Below, piece by piece: positions 53,433-63,844 of a stretch of DNA of 64,000 bases. The DNA is from Spirulina sp. Its GTDB lineage: Bacteria; Cyanobacteriota; Cyanobacteriia; Phormidesmidales; Phormidesmidaceae. The notes under the pieces were generated by a model. The model worked only from the letters and a program-made list of their open reading frames with translations. It was not told the origin of the DNA and searched no databases. The translations under genes and the position numbers were made by a program. Position 1 is the stretch's first letter. Each line of letters starts with the position of its first letter. Location of the stretch: assembly GCA_044070495.1 (NCBI GenBank), contig JBIPSI010000020.1:32001-96000 (forward strand). The letters are read 5' to 3'.

Positions 53433-55523
53433 CTAAAAATTCGTTACCGCCGACACCCCCAAATCAATGACCTTAATGGCGACAAACGGGGCGATAATGC
53501 CGCCGAGGCCGTAGATCAAAATGTTGCGCTGGAGCAATTGATTAGCAGTTAACGGACGAAATTCGATGCCTTTTAGGGCCAGGGGAATGAGGGCGGGGAT
53601 GATAAGGGCGTTGTAGATTAGAGCCGAAAGTACGGCGGTGCGTGGGCTGCTGAGGCCCATCACATTTAGGGCACCGATGCCTGCCGATGCAAACATTGCA
53701 GGGATGATGGCAAAGTATTTGGCGATGTCGTTGGCTAGGGAGAAGGTGGTGAGGGCACCACGGGTGATCAATAACTGTTTGCCAATGGTGACCAGGTCGA
53801 TCAGTTTGGTGGGATCGGAGTCGAGGTCTACCATGTTGGCGGCTTCTTTGGCGGCCTGGGTGCCGGAGTTCATGGCTACTCCGACGTTGGCTTGGGCTAA
53901 GGCGGGGGCATCGTTGGTGCCGTCCCCGGTCATGGCCACTAGCTTGCCTTGGGATTGTTCAGCCTGAATCACCTGAATTTTGTCCTCTGGGGTGGCCTCG
54001 GCCACAAAGTCGTCTACCCCGGCCTCTTCGGCAATCACGGAGGCGGTGATGCGGTTGTCTCCGGTTAGCATCACGGTGCGTACCCCCATGCGGCGCAGTT
54101 GGTCAAAGCGCTCTCGAATACCCGGTTTGATGATGTCTTTGAGGTAAATAACGCCGTAGACATTGCTATTCCGGCAAACAGCCAGGGGGGTGCCGCCCAG
54201 GCGTGAAACTCGCTCGAAAGCTTGATCGAGTTCGGCAGGGGCGGTGCCGCCGCGTGAACGCACAAAGCCGCGAATGGCGTCCACAGATCCTTTACGCACT
54301 TCGCTGCCGTCGGGCAAATCGGTGCCACTCATGCGAGTGCGGGCGGTAAACTCCACGCCTTCGGCCTTGTCTTTGTTAAAAGAGATGGCGGCTCCCAACT
54401 TTTCGGCTAAGCGCACAATAGATTTGCCCTCTGGGGTGGTGTCGAATACGCTGGCCGCCAAGGCGATGTCAGCCACCTCCTGCTCACTGTGGCCGTTGAC
54501 CGGGATAAATTCTTCGGCCAGACGGTTGCCTAGGGTGATGGTGCCAGTTTTGTCTAGCACCAGGGTGTTGATGTCGCCACAGGCTTCTACCGCTCGCCCG
54601 GAGGTAGCCACCACATTGAACTGAGCGACCCGATCCATTCCGGCAATACCGATGGCACTGAGCAGCCCGCCAATAGTGGTAGGAATCAGCGCCACCAGTA
54701 GCGCCACCAAAATGGTGATACCCACTGGACTATTGGCGTAGTTAGCGGGGGCGGGCAAAGTCGCCACCACAATTAAAAACACCAGGGTAAGCACCGCCAG
54801 CAGCACCGTCAGGGCAATTTCGTTGGGGGTTTTGCTGCGCTCGGCCCCTTCCACCAGGGCGATCATGCGGTCAATAAAGCCCTTGCCGGGGTCAGAGGTG
54901 ACTTGCAAAATCAGCTCGTCGGAAATAATCCGGGTGCCGCCCGTCACCGAACTGGCCACGTCGGAACCAGGCTCCTTCAGCACCGGGGCCGACTCGCCCG
55001 TAATCGCCGACTCATCCACCGAGGCCACGCCTTCAATCACCTCACCATCGGCAGGAATCATGTCGCCAGCCACAACTTTGATACGATCCCCCCGCTTCAA
55101 GCTAGTCGAGTTCACCTCTTCTATCGCCCCATCAGCCCGCAACTTTCGAGCAACCGTATCCGAGCGGGTAGATCGCAGGGCATCCGCCTGGGCCTTACCG
55201 CGCCCTTCAGCCACGGCCTCCGCGAAGTTGGCAAACAGCACCGTCAACAACAAAATCAACGTAATTAGCCCGTTATAAACCGCTGCGCCGTCCCCATCGG
55301 TAGGGCCAAATAGGGTAGGGTTCACGGTCAACACAGCGGTGATCACCGTGCCGACCCAAACCACAAACATCACCGGATTTTTCACCATGATGCGTGGATC
55401 GAGCTTGCGAAAAGCTTCGACCACAGCTCTTTGATAAAGGTCGGTCATCTTCGCCTTGGGGGTGTGCTTGCGCTGTTGGCGTGGCCCACCGGGTTGTTTG
55501 AGGGGGAGGGTAGATTGGGTCAT
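53433..55523 (-). CDS. kdpB: K+-transporting ATPase subunit B
   Basis: [39 protein letters not shown]. Confidence 0.98.
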   Translation of the reverse strand: MTQSTLPLKQPGGPRQQRKHTPKAKMTDLYQRAVVEAFRKLDPRIMVKNPVMFVVWVGTVITAVLTVNPTLFGPTDGDGAAVYNGLITLILLLTVLFANFAEAVAEGRGKAQADALRSTRSDTVARKLRADGAIEEVNSTSLKRGDRIKVVAGDMIPADGEVIEGVASVDESAITGESAPVLKEPGSDVASSVTGGTRIISDELILQVTSDPGKGFIDRMIALVEGAERSKTPNEIALTVLLAVLTLVFLIVVATLPAPANYANSPVGITILVALLVALIPTTIGGLLSAIGIAGMDRVAQFNVVATSGRAVEACGDINTLVLDKTGTITLGNRLAEEFIPVNGHSEQEVADIALAASVFDTTPEGKSIVRLAEKLGAAISFNKDKAEGVEFTARTRMSGTDLPDGSEVRKGSVDAIRGFVRSRGGTAPAELDQAFERVSRLGGTPLAVCRNSNVYGVIYLKDIIKPGIRERFDQLRRMGVRTVMLTGDNRITASVIAEEAGVDDFVAEATPEDKIQVIQAEQSQGKLVAMTGDGTNDAPALAQANVGVAMNSGTQAAKEAANMVDLDSDPTKLIDLVTIGKQLLITRGALTTFSLANDIAKYFAIIPAMFASAGIGALNVMGLSSPRTAVLSALIYNALIIPALIPLALKGIEFRPLTANQLLQRNILIYGLGGIIAPFVAIKVIDLGVSAVTNF

Positions 55524-55562
55524 GGATCGGGTAAGAGGAATGGTTGGATAATTGGAGAATTA

Positions 55563-55642
55563 GGAGGTGTGAAGGTTGGAAGGTTGGAAGGTGTGAAGGT
55601 TGGAAGGTTGGAAGGTGTGAAGGTTGGAAGGTTGGAAGGTTG
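55563..55642. repeat. 8-bp tandem array, 10 units with a 24-bp higher-order period
   Basis: (G[G/A]AGGTGT GAAGGTTG GAAGGTTG)x3 + GAAGGTTG. Confidence 0.95.
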
Positions 55643-55685
55643 AGATGTGGGAATACTCAGGGAGATATGTTTTTGGTTGATGCAG

Positions 55686-56057
55686 ATGGGTGCTATTCAG
55701 AGATTTGAAGATATCTTGGCTTGGCAGTCGGCGCGGGAGTTGACCAGGTTGGTTTATAGCCTGTCAAATACGGGGAGCTTTGCACGGGATTTTGGCTTGA
55801 AAGATCAAATGCGACGGGCGGCGGTTTCTGTGATGTCCAATATTGCAGAAGGGTTTGAAAGTCGAACTCGAGGCATGTTCATTAACTATTTAGGTCATGC
55901 CAAGGCTTCAGCAGGAGAAGTACGTGCTCAAGCCTATGTGGCGTTGGATGTGGGCTACATTGACCAGACACAATTTGATCACCTAATAACGTTGGCAGAG
56001 CGGTGTAGCAAACAAGTTAGTCGGTTCATGGTGTATTTGGAGGGGAAAAAGGGGTGA
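55686..56057 (+). CDS. four-helix-bundle protein (TIGR02436 / 23S rRNA IVP family, Avd-like fold)
   Basis: RFEDILAWQSARELTRLVY...DFGLKDQMRRAAVSVMSNIAEGFE...FINYLGHAKASAGEVRAQAYVALDVGYI; the start may be 55680. Confidence 0.93.
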   Translation: MGAIQRFEDILAWQSARELTRLVYSLSNTGSFARDFGLKDQMRRAAVSVMSNIAEGFESRTRGMFINYLGHAKASAGEVRAQAYVALDVGYIDQTQFDHLITLAERCSKQVSRFMVYLEGKKG

Positions 56058-56161
56058 GGGTGGGGAGGTGGGGAGGTTAAAAGGTGGAAAGGTTAAAAGG
56101 TGGAAAGGTTCAGAACTTGTCAACTTTCCAACCTTCCAACCTTCCAACTTTCCAACCTTCC
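56058..56161. repeat. inverted pair of 8-bp tandem arrays
   Basis: G-rich units at 56058-56110; five AAC(C/T)TTCC units at 56122-56161. Confidence 0.93.
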
Positions 56162-56163
56162 CA

Positions 56164-57840
56164 CTACCCCAATCTAAACGCCGCTGCCACTGGCCCTAAC
56201 GCTAAAACTGGCAGGAAGGTCAAGGCTCCGAGGATTAAAATGGCTCCGGCGGTGACTCCGGTGAACAGGGGGGTGTCGGTGCGGAGGGTGCCTGCGGTTT
56301 CGGGGACGGGTTGTTTGCGGGCCATGCCGTCGGCGAGGAAAATCAGGGCGGCAATGGGCACGTAGCGACCGACGAGGAGGGAGAAGCTGGTGCTGAGGTT
56401 CCACCAGAGGGTGTTGTCGCCTAACCCCTCAAAGCCGGAGCCGTTGTTGGCGGCAGCGGAGGCATATTCGTAGACTACCTGGGAAATGCCGTGGAAGCCG
56501 GGATTGCTGATGCCGGAGAGGGTTGCCGGGAAAGCTAGGGTGATGGCGGTGGGAATCAGGATGGCAATGGGGTGAACGAGCAGAATTAGGCTAGCGAGGA
56601 CGATTTCGCGCTTTTCGATTTTGCGACCCAGAAATTCGGGAGTGCGCCCCACCATTAGCCCGGTGAGGAAGACGGTAAGAATCAGAAATACAAATAGGTA
56701 GGCGGTTCCGGTGCCCTGTCCACCCCAAACGATCTGCAAAAACAGGTTAGAGAGGGTGACAAAGCCGCCTGTGGGCATCAGGGAATCGTGCAGACCGTTG
56801 ATGGCTCCGCACATGGTGCCCGTGGTGGAAACGGCCCAAAGAGCGGTGAGGAAAGGCCCAAAGCGGGTTTCTTTACCCTCCAAATTGGGCTGTTGGCTGC
56901 CAAGCACCTGATTGACCAGCGGATTGCCCTGGTATTCACCCACGGCGGCAATGGCGATAAAGGCAACAAAGATGGCAAACACCATCCAGAAGATCAGCCA
57001 ACCCTGTTTGGGATTGCTCGCCATGTAGCCGTAGGTGAGAATCAGTCCGGCGGGAATCACCAGCATGATCACGGTTTCGAGCAGGTTGGTAAAGTTGTTG
57101 GGGTTTTCAAAAGGGTGGGCGGAGTTGATACCAAAGAAGCCGCCGCCGTTTTCCCCCAATTCTTTGATGATTTCAAAGTGGGCTACTGGGCCACGGGCGA
57201 TGAATTGGGTGGCTCCCTCCAGGGTAGTAGCCTGGGCGGGGGCTGCAAAGGTTTCGGGTACTCCGGCAATTAGCAGGGCAATTGCCCCCACGATTGAAAT
57301 CGGCAGCAAAATGCGGGTAATCGACACCATTAAATCGGTGTAGAAATTGCCTAGGGGTCGCCCCGTTAACCCACGAATAAAGGCAATCGCCACCGCAATG
57401 CCCGTCGCCGCCGAGGTAAACATCAGAAATCCCAACGCCCCCACCTGACTGAAATAGCTGTAGGTGGTTTCGCCGGAATAGTGCTGCTGGTTCGTATTCG
57501 TGGTAAACGAAATAGCCGTGTGCAGACCTAGATCCCAGCTTGGGGCACCTAGCTCTGTCGGATTTAGGGGCAGCACCCCCTGGAGCATAAAAATAACGTA
57601 GACCAACATGATCATGGCTAGGTTGCTGACCAGTACGGCACGAATATATTGACCACCAGTCATCGGACGGTTATCAAGTACGCCAGACCCAGAAAAAACG
57701 ACTCGCTCCACCGGAGAAACAATCCAATCCAGCCAGGTTTTTTCACCCAGAAAGACTTGGGCCATATAGCGCCCCAGTACAGGTGAAACCGCCGCCAAGA
57801 TGACGAGTATCAAAGCTATCTGAAGAAATCCTTGTAGCAT
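56164..57840 (-). CDS. kdpA: K+-transporting ATPase subunit A
   Basis: [52 protein letters not shown]. Confidence 0.98.
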   Translation of the reverse strand: MLQGFLQIALILVILAAVSPVLGRYMAQVFLGEKTWLDWIVSPVERVVFSGSGVLDNRPMTGGQYIRAVLVSNLAMIMLVYVIFMLQGVLPLNPTELGAPSWDLGLHTAISFTTNTNQQHYSGETTYSYFSQVGALGFLMFTSAATGIAVAIAFIRGLTGRPLGNFYTDLMVSITRILLPISIVGAIALLIAGVPETFAAPAQATTLEGATQFIARGPVAHFEIIKELGENGGGFFGINSAHPFENPNNFTNLLETVIMLVIPAGLILTYGYMASNPKQGWLIFWMVFAIFVAFIAIAAVGEYQGNPLVNQVLGSQQPNLEGKETRFGPFLTALWAVSTTGTMCGAINGLHDSLMPTGGFVTLSNLFLQIVWGGQGTGTAYLFVFLILTVFLTGLMVGRTPEFLGRKIEKREIVLASLILLVHPIAILIPTAITLAFPATLSGISNPGFHGISQVVYEYASAAANNGSGFEGLGDNTLWWNLSTSFSLLVGRYVPIAALIFLADGMARKQPVPETAGTLRTDTPLFTGVTAGAILILGALTFLPVLALGPVAAAFRLG

Positions 57841-58374
57841 GGGATTGATAGATATAAAGCAACACAGACAGACACATCCAGAAGAAAACAGTCCCCGCTA
57901 ATGCACTTTTTGCCTGAGCTTCAAGCAATTTCCTAGATGAGGAGAGATGGCAGGGTTGAGAGCAATGGCAATCAGACAATCACCATCTTCAACCACAGGA
58001 TTCTGGTGAAAATGAATCAACTGCTCTGCTCGAACTAAGCCTAGAAAATGACAACTATCCGGCAGACAAATTGCCCCCAGGGTTTTTCCAAGGTGTGCGC
58101 TGTGAAAATAAACCGTACCAGTAATCAACTTGGCCTTCATGACGAGAGACTTTCCAAAAAAGAGCCATTCGATATCTCCATTTTGCTACTCTTTCACCTA
58201 AAAATAAGGTATAGAAAAGTGTTTAATCTAGATTTATACCCTCCATCTAAGCTCCAACTAGACATAGCGTTTAGGCAATGATTAAACTCCTATATCATTT
58301 GATATAAACGTCACCACTCCACACCAAGTCAGCCCTAAAATAGATTGACAAAATCACCTCAACCAAACGCCCAT

Positions 58375-58427
58375 AACCTTCCAACCTTCCAACCTTCCAC
58401 TCTCCCAACCCCCCACCTCCCTCCCCC
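58375..58427. repeat. AACCTTCC x3 plus degenerate units directly before the kinase start
   Basis: Perfect units at 58375-58398. Confidence 0.85.
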
Positions 58428-59537
58428 ATGCCCCGCCCCACCCCCCCCTGGCAACAAACCCACTGGCTGATTGCCGCCCTCTTTGTTGTGGTCATTGGGC
58501 TGGAATACAGCACACCACCGCCCTACGTATTTGGCTATCTGTACATTGGGGCGGTGCTTTTGGCCAGCGGACGACTGGGCCGAGGGGCAACACGGTGGGT
58601 AACGGCAATCGCCATTGTGCTCACCCTGCTCAACCTGGTGATCCCTGGCCTAGAGCCGATTAGTACGGTGACCATCGCCAATCGGGCGATTACGGTGCTA
58701 GCCCTGGCGGTGACGGGATGGCTGAGCGACCGCATTCAGCGCTACGAGAAGGCCATCACCCACCAGCACGCCCAAATCTTGGCCCAGGCCCAACTGGCTC
58801 GGATGCGGGAAGATTTTGTCTCGACCCTGACCCACGATTTGAAAACACCACTGCTGGGGGCGATAGAGACCCTCCACGCCCTGGAGACCGAGCAGTTTGG
58901 AGCAGTGACATCGGCCCAGCGGCGGGCCATCACGATCATGACGCGCAGTCACCAGACCACCCTGCAACTGGTGGAAACCCTGATGGATGTCTACCGCAAC
59001 GACGCCGAGGGGTTACGCCTCAACCTGAGCGCTGTGGACGTCGTTTCCCTGGCAGAGGACACCATCATGCAACTCACGGCCCTAGCGGCTTCCCGGCAGG
59101 TGCATATTCGTCTACACCAAGGGGAATCCGACTTTCGCCAGCCCTGCTGGGTAAGGGCCGATGTGCTCCAGCTCCAGCGAGTGCTGAGCAACCTGATTGC
59201 CAACGCCATTCACCATTCGTTGCGGGGCAGTTTGGTGGAGGTCGTGATTCGCCATCACGGCGATGATTGTTTGGTGCAGGTATTGGATCAAGGCCAGGGC
59301 ATCGCCGCCGATGAAATGGCCCACCTATTCGAGCGGTTTTACCAGGGCCACAGTGATCGTCAGGCCAAGGGTACCGGACTGGGCCTCTACCTCAGCCGTC
59401 AGATTGTGGAGGCCCACGGCGGCAGAATTTGGGCCGAACCGCGCCAGCCCACGGGGGCGGTGTTTGCGTTTCGACTGCCCGCTCAGTCCCCGGTACAGGA
59501 TAATAGCCTGATGGTACGCACTGCTAACCTCCGATGA
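58428..59537 (+). CDS. membrane sensor histidine kinase, divergent from kdpA
   Basis: TM region, STLTHDLKTPL, NLIANAI, DQGQG, GTGLGL. Confidence 0.95.
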   Translation: MPRPTPPWQQTHWLIAALFVVVIGLEYSTPPPYVFGYLYIGAVLLASGRLGRGATRWVTAIAIVLTLLNLVIPGLEPISTVTIANRAITVLALAVTGWLSDRIQRYEKAITHQHAQILAQAQLARMREDFVSTLTHDLKTPLLGAIETLHALETEQFGAVTSAQRRAITIMTRSHQTTLQLVETLMDVYRNDAEGLRLNLSAVDVVSLAEDTIMQLTALAASRQVHIRLHQGESDFRQPCWVRADVLQLQRVLSNLIANAIHHSLRGSLVEVVIRHHGDDCLVQVLDQGQGIAADEMAHLFERFYQGHSDRQAKGTGLGLYLSRQIVEAHGGRIWAEPRQPTGAVFAFRLPAQSPVQDNSLMVRTANLR

Positions 59538-60202
59538 CCGACCAGCCTATTGATATTCTTCTGGTCGAAGACGATGAGCTGTTTCGACTGGGCCTTACCA
59601 CTCGGTTGCAGCAGGAGCCGACCTTGCAGGTTGTCGCTGAAGCGGAGGACGGCGAAACGGCCATCGCCCTAGTCAACCAGCAGCCCTTCGACGTGGTGCT
59701 GCTGGACATCGGCCTGCCGGGAATTGGCGGTCTCGAAGCCTGTCGCCAGATCAAGCAGCAGCATCCCAACTTGCCAGTGCTGGCCCTCACTTCCCACAAC
59801 CAGCCAGCCCTGATTGCCCGCCTGATCGAAGCCCAGGCCCAGGGCTACTGTGTCAAGGGCATTGCCGCCGAGGCGCTGGTGCTGGCGATTCGCTCCGTTG
59901 CCCTGGGGGCTACCTGGTGGGATGCCATCGCCTCCCAGGAAATTCAGGCTGCGTTCCAGTCCCCCGCCCTAGAATCGCCACCCACCCATACCCCGACCAC
60001 CCTAGACACCCTCACTAAACGCGAGCAAGAAATCCTAGCGCTGATGGCGGTAGGGCAAAGCAATCAGGAAATTGCCGAGGCTCTCTACATTGCCCCCGGC
60101 ACGGTGCGCGTCCATGTCCACTCCATTTTGCAAAAGCTGGAGGTGCGTGATCGAACCCAGGCCGTCATTCTGGCGATGCAGATGGGTCTCGTTTCACCCT
60201 AG
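59534..60202 (+). CDS. NarL/LuxR-family response regulator
   Basis: LLVEDD, LLDIGLP, LTKREQEIL...TVRVHVHSILQKL. Confidence 0.95.
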   Translation: MTDQPIDILLVEDDELFRLGLTTRLQQEPTLQVVAEAEDGETAIALVNQQPFDVVLLDIGLPGIGGLEACRQIKQQHPNLPVLALTSHNQPALIARLIEAQAQGYCVKGIAAEALVLAIRSVALGATWWDAIASQEIQAAFQSPALESPPTHTPTTLDTLTKREQEILALMAVGQSNQEIAEALYIAPGTVRVHVHSILQKLEVRDRTQAVILAMQMGLVSP

Positions 60203-60607
60203 AAAAAGCCTGCGGCAATGACTGATGATCGGAATCCTTCGGCCTAACGATGACTTAGACCAACCCCCACAACGTTGATTCCCCCTGATCATCCGCAGGG
60301 GCGTGCGCTTGGCTCCAGTCAATAGGGCCTGACTAGATGGAGCCTGACTAAATAAAGCCTGGCAAGCTAGGCCAACCTAGGACTTTTATGGAGACTTGGT
60401 TAAGGCGAGATTGCCCTGCATCAAGTTCTGTCCGTCGCTGCCCTAGATCAGCCTAGGGGTTTTCCCGGAGGTGTTAGGGTAATGTCGAGTTCTGGGGCCA
60501 TCGCTAGGCCAGGGGATATTCCACCAAGCCTAGGGCAGCAATTGGCAATCTGGGACAACGTTATAAATGACCGCCATAGATACTGATATTGATACCTGTC
60601 ACGTAAC

Positions 60608-61432
60608 GTGGATCTCCATCAGCTACACCAAGCCCTCCAACAACCTCCCGGCAGCCTCGGTGTTTTGCCGGAGTTTGCTGGATTGCGCCCCTGTTTCCAA
60701 GTCCAGTGGGTGAAGCAAACCGAATCCACCAATCACGATCTAATGGCCCAAATGGCGTCGGGGGCAGTGGCAGGAACCGTATTGATCGCGGCTACCCAGC
60801 GGGCCGGACGGGGGCAGTGGGGCCGCCAGTGGCAGTCGGCGGCGGGGGGGCTGTATCTCTCCCTAGGGCTGCGGCCAGAGATGACGGTGGAGCGCAGTCT
60901 CTATCTCACCCTGGCTAGCGCTTGGGGGCTGGCCACCAGCCTAGCCAACCTGGGTATTCCAGCTCAGGTGAAATGGCCCAACGATCTCGTGGTGCAGGGG
61001 CGCAAGCTGGGGGGCATTTTGACCGATACACGGGTGCAGGGGGATCGGGTGCAGGCGGTGGTGGTCGGATTGGGGCTGAACGTCCAAAATCCAGTGCCGC
61101 CTACGGGAATTTCCCTAGGCCACCTGTCAAAGTTGCCGGAACCGCCGCCCGGCCCCCTGAATACCTTGGAGGGCGTCGCCGCTGTAGCGCTCTACGGGCT
61201 GATGCAGGGCTACAGCGTTTGGCAAAACCAGGGCGATCAAGCTTTCCTGGCCCTCTATCAGCAGCGTATGACCCACCTGGGCCAGCCGGTGGTGATAGAG
61301 GACCAGTCGGCCACAGTAACGGGTCTTGCCCCTTCCGGGAACCTGTCGGTGCGGGTCTCGTCCGACGGTAGCTGTGCGCCCCTGGAATGGGAAATTAAGC
61401 CGGGCGAAGTAACTTTAGGCTACAATGCGTAG
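60608..61432 (+). CDS. birA: biotin--[acetyl-CoA carboxylase] ligase
   Basis: STN, QRAGRGQWGRQW, KWPNDL, KLGGIL. Confidence 0.93.
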   Translation: MDLHQLHQALQQPPGSLGVLPEFAGLRPCFQVQWVKQTESTNHDLMAQMASGAVAGTVLIAATQRAGRGQWGRQWQSAAGGLYLSLGLRPEMTVERSLYLTLASAWGLATSLANLGIPAQVKWPNDLVVQGRKLGGILTDTRVQGDRVQAVVVGLGLNVQNPVPPTGISLGHLSKLPEPPPGPLNTLEGVAAVALYGLMQGYSVWQNQGDQAFLALYQQRMTHLGQPVVIEDQSATVTGLAPSGNLSVRVSSDGSCAPLEWEIKPGEVTLGYNA

Positions 61433-61439
61433 CGGTTGA

Positions 61440-62948
61440 TTGATGGTGAACTCTAAACGCAATTCAGCTCAATTTTCGAGGCTCCCTCGACTCATGCAGG
61501 GCAATGTTTACCGTGGTTCCAGCCTCGGTGGATGCCCCAGGCTACACCCCGTCCAGGGGCTTGCCCTAGTGGGCAGTTTAGGTCTCATGGCCAGCGGTGC
61601 AGCAATAGCCGAGGAATCGGGCTTAGAGGTTGCCGAGCCGACGGCAGAGTTCCCGGTGAAAGCCCCTGACAAGGCTCCTGATGTGGAGGTCGTTCCGCGC
61701 CCCCAGGTCAGCTTGCCCCACGTGAGCGGTGCTACCGGATCAGCGGTCACCTTGACGGCCCCTGCCAAGCCTCAGTTTTCACCCCCCGCCATTGCTCAGA
61801 CGTCTCCCCCCCACCTAAGCCAGCCCATGCAACCCCCGGTTCCACCCCCAGCCGCAGCGGCCATCGTCATTCCTGAACCCGCCGCCGCCCCCACCATGGC
61901 CGAGAGTTTGCTAACGCCAGCCTCGCCCGCCGCCGCCCCCACCATGGGTGAATCAGCGGCCCCTAGTACTTCGGTGACCCCCAGCCCAGGCACCCCCAGC
62001 GCCGCCGACCTCGTGGTACCCGGATCAATTGCCGCCGATGAGTCGGTGCCAGCGGGCTACAACAGCGTCTTCATCGATCCCACCCGCTACGACGTGGGAG
62101 CCACCTCGGCTCCGGCGGCCCCCAATGTGGTCTTTGCGGATCGCTCAACGGGCTGCCAAATTACGGTTGCCAGTGGCCAAACGGCCTCCAACTGTGGCGG
62201 TGGTGCCGGGGTCATCCCCGGTTCAGGCGTGACCACCACCCCAGGCGGTGCCCTAGCGTCTAACGGGTCTTTGGTGGGTGGTTCCCGGTTGCCCTCCGGC
62301 ACGGTGACCGTTAGCCCCCGTGGGGTGAGCCTAGACAGCCGCAGCGTTGTCAGTCGCGCCGCCCTCAATGACCGCATCCGACCCCTCAACATTTTGCGCC
62401 GGGGCAACGAAGAATTTGTCTTCCCCCTGTCGATTCCGGCCCCCATTTCTTCGGTGTTTGGTTGGCGGATGCACCCCGTCCACCAATCCTGGCGCTTCCA
62501 CTCCGGCACGGATTTAGCGGCTCCCATGGGCACCCCCGTATTGGCCACCCAGGCGGGGCGTGTGGCCGTGGCCGATTTCCTCGGTGGCTACGGCCTCACG
62601 GTCATTCTGCGCCATGGCGACGGCAACCTAGAGTCTCGCTATGCCCACCTATCCCAGGTGGCGGTGCGATCCGGCGAATGGATTGACCAGGGCGAAGTGA
62701 TTGGCCTGGTGGGCAGCACAGGAACTTCCACTGGCCCCCACCTGCACTTTGAGGTACGCCAACTCACCGGAGAAGGGTGGGTAGCGATGGATCCCGGCGA
62801 GGTGCTGGAGTACGGGATTGCCAACCTGCTCAACGTCATCAACAATCCCATGGCGGCCCTAGGGCAAACCCAGCCGACCTCCACCGAGGACGATGGTTCG
62901 CTGCCCGTAGACTATCCCTACCGCCCAGCCCAGCCCAACGCCAGCTAG
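61440..62948 (+). CDS. M23 family metallopeptidase with Pro/Ala-rich N-terminus
   Basis: SSVFGWRMHP, HSGTDL, YAHLS, STGPHLHFE; start uncertain. Confidence 0.92.
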   Translation: MMVNSKRNSAQFSRLPRLMQGNVYRGSSLGGCPRLHPVQGLALVGSLGLMASGAAIAEESGLEVAEPTAEFPVKAPDKAPDVEVVPRPQVSLPHVSGATGSAVTLTAPAKPQFSPPAIAQTSPPHLSQPMQPPVPPPAAAAIVIPEPAAAPTMAESLLTPASPAAAPTMGESAAPSTSVTPSPGTPSAADLVVPGSIAADESVPAGYNSVFIDPTRYDVGATSAPAAPNVVFADRSTGCQITVASGQTASNCGGGAGVIPGSGVTTTPGGALASNGSLVGGSRLPSGTVTVSPRGVSLDSRSVVSRAALNDRIRPLNILRRGNEEFVFPLSIPAPISSVFGWRMHPVHQSWRFHSGTDLAAPMGTPVLATQAGRVAVADFLGGYGLTVILRHGDGNLESRYAHLSQVAVRSGEWIDQGEVIGLVGSTGTSTGPHLHFEVRQLTGEGWVAMDPGEVLEYGIANLLNVINNPMAALGQTQPTSTEDDGSLPVDYPYRPAQPNAS

Positions 62949-62977
62949 ATCCCCGGTTAACACCCTAGAGGCAGCCC

Positions 62978-63400
62978 ATGGCCTTTACCCACACCTATCC
63001 AATTCGGTTTCGAGATACCGATGCAGCGGGGGTGATGTATTTTGCTAATGGGCTGGCCCTATGCCACGCCGCCTACGAAGATTCTCTACAAGCCGCTGGC
63101 TTTGATTTAAAGGTTTTTTTTAGCCCCACCGCCGCCCTGGCCTACCCGATCATCCATGCTGGCATGGACTATCGGCGACCGATCCGCTGTGGTGATTGGG
63201 TGACCATTGCCCTACACCCCAAACGGCTGGAGTCCTCCAGTTTTGAGGTGACCTATCGGCTATCCTTAGAGGCCAATGCGGATCACATTCTAGGGGAAGC
63301 CCTAACCCGCCATTGTTGTATTAACACTCCTAACCGTCGCCGCCATTCCCTACCAGCGGAGATGGAACAGTGGATTCAGCGCTGGAGTTGTGATCCATAG
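62978..63400 (+). CDS. hotdog thioesterase, probable DHNA-CoA hydrolase
   Basis: IRFRDTDAAGVMYFAN...CHAAYE. Confidence 0.85.
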   Translation: MAFTHTYPIRFRDTDAAGVMYFANGLALCHAAYEDSLQAAGFDLKVFFSPTAALAYPIIHAGMDYRRPIRCGDWVTIALHPKRLESSSFEVTYRLSLEANADHILGEALTRHCCINTPNRRRHSLPAEMEQWIQRWSCDP

Positions 63401-63844
63401 TTCAAGGGAATTCCGAGATAAATCCAGCATTTTTCCTTGGGGTTTAATGGAGGTTCTATTGATGGATGGGTTGACGGGTAGTGCTTGGCAGGAATGGATC
63501 TTTGTGGCAGGCTACGTATCGTTTTTGCTGGCCATTGCCTGGTTGGCCGTGCGGCCTAGACTGTAGACCGATCAGGGAACATAGCCCAACTAGAGTACGA
63601 CTAGAGAGGAGAGAAGCCGCTTTCTCCAAGGGATGTATTGCTCTAGAATCAACGGTTCTCCCACTGGCTTGGTTATTTAGGCACAAGCCGTTTAGCCTAG
63701 GGATGGTACACTGCCTACGAAGTTTCTCCCGTTTTTACAGGCCATCGCCCCTACCATTTCTAACGATGCCTGAAACGTGCCCTCGTCCTTAGCACCGGGC
63801 TAAGCGAGACCTTCATTTTCGATGACGAACGCAAGGTATTCAAC

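Noticed and set aside
55686..56057. 23S rRNA intervening sequence
   Set aside because: No rRNA sequence flanks the gene; the family name is historical.
58208..58240. GGTATA-N21-TATACC inverted repeat in the kdpA/kinase promoter region
   Set aside because: Six-bp arms in AT-rich DNA can arise by chance; unsupported without conservation data.
51446..58427. Octamer arrays as a CRISPR array or a DGR
   Set aside because: There are no unique spacers, no reverse transcriptase and no TR/VR pair in the window.
60326..60370. GCCTGACTA repeated with a 15-bp period; 12-bp duplications at 4185-4207 and 50078-50105
   Set aside because: Only two or three short copies each, consistent with ordinary slippage.
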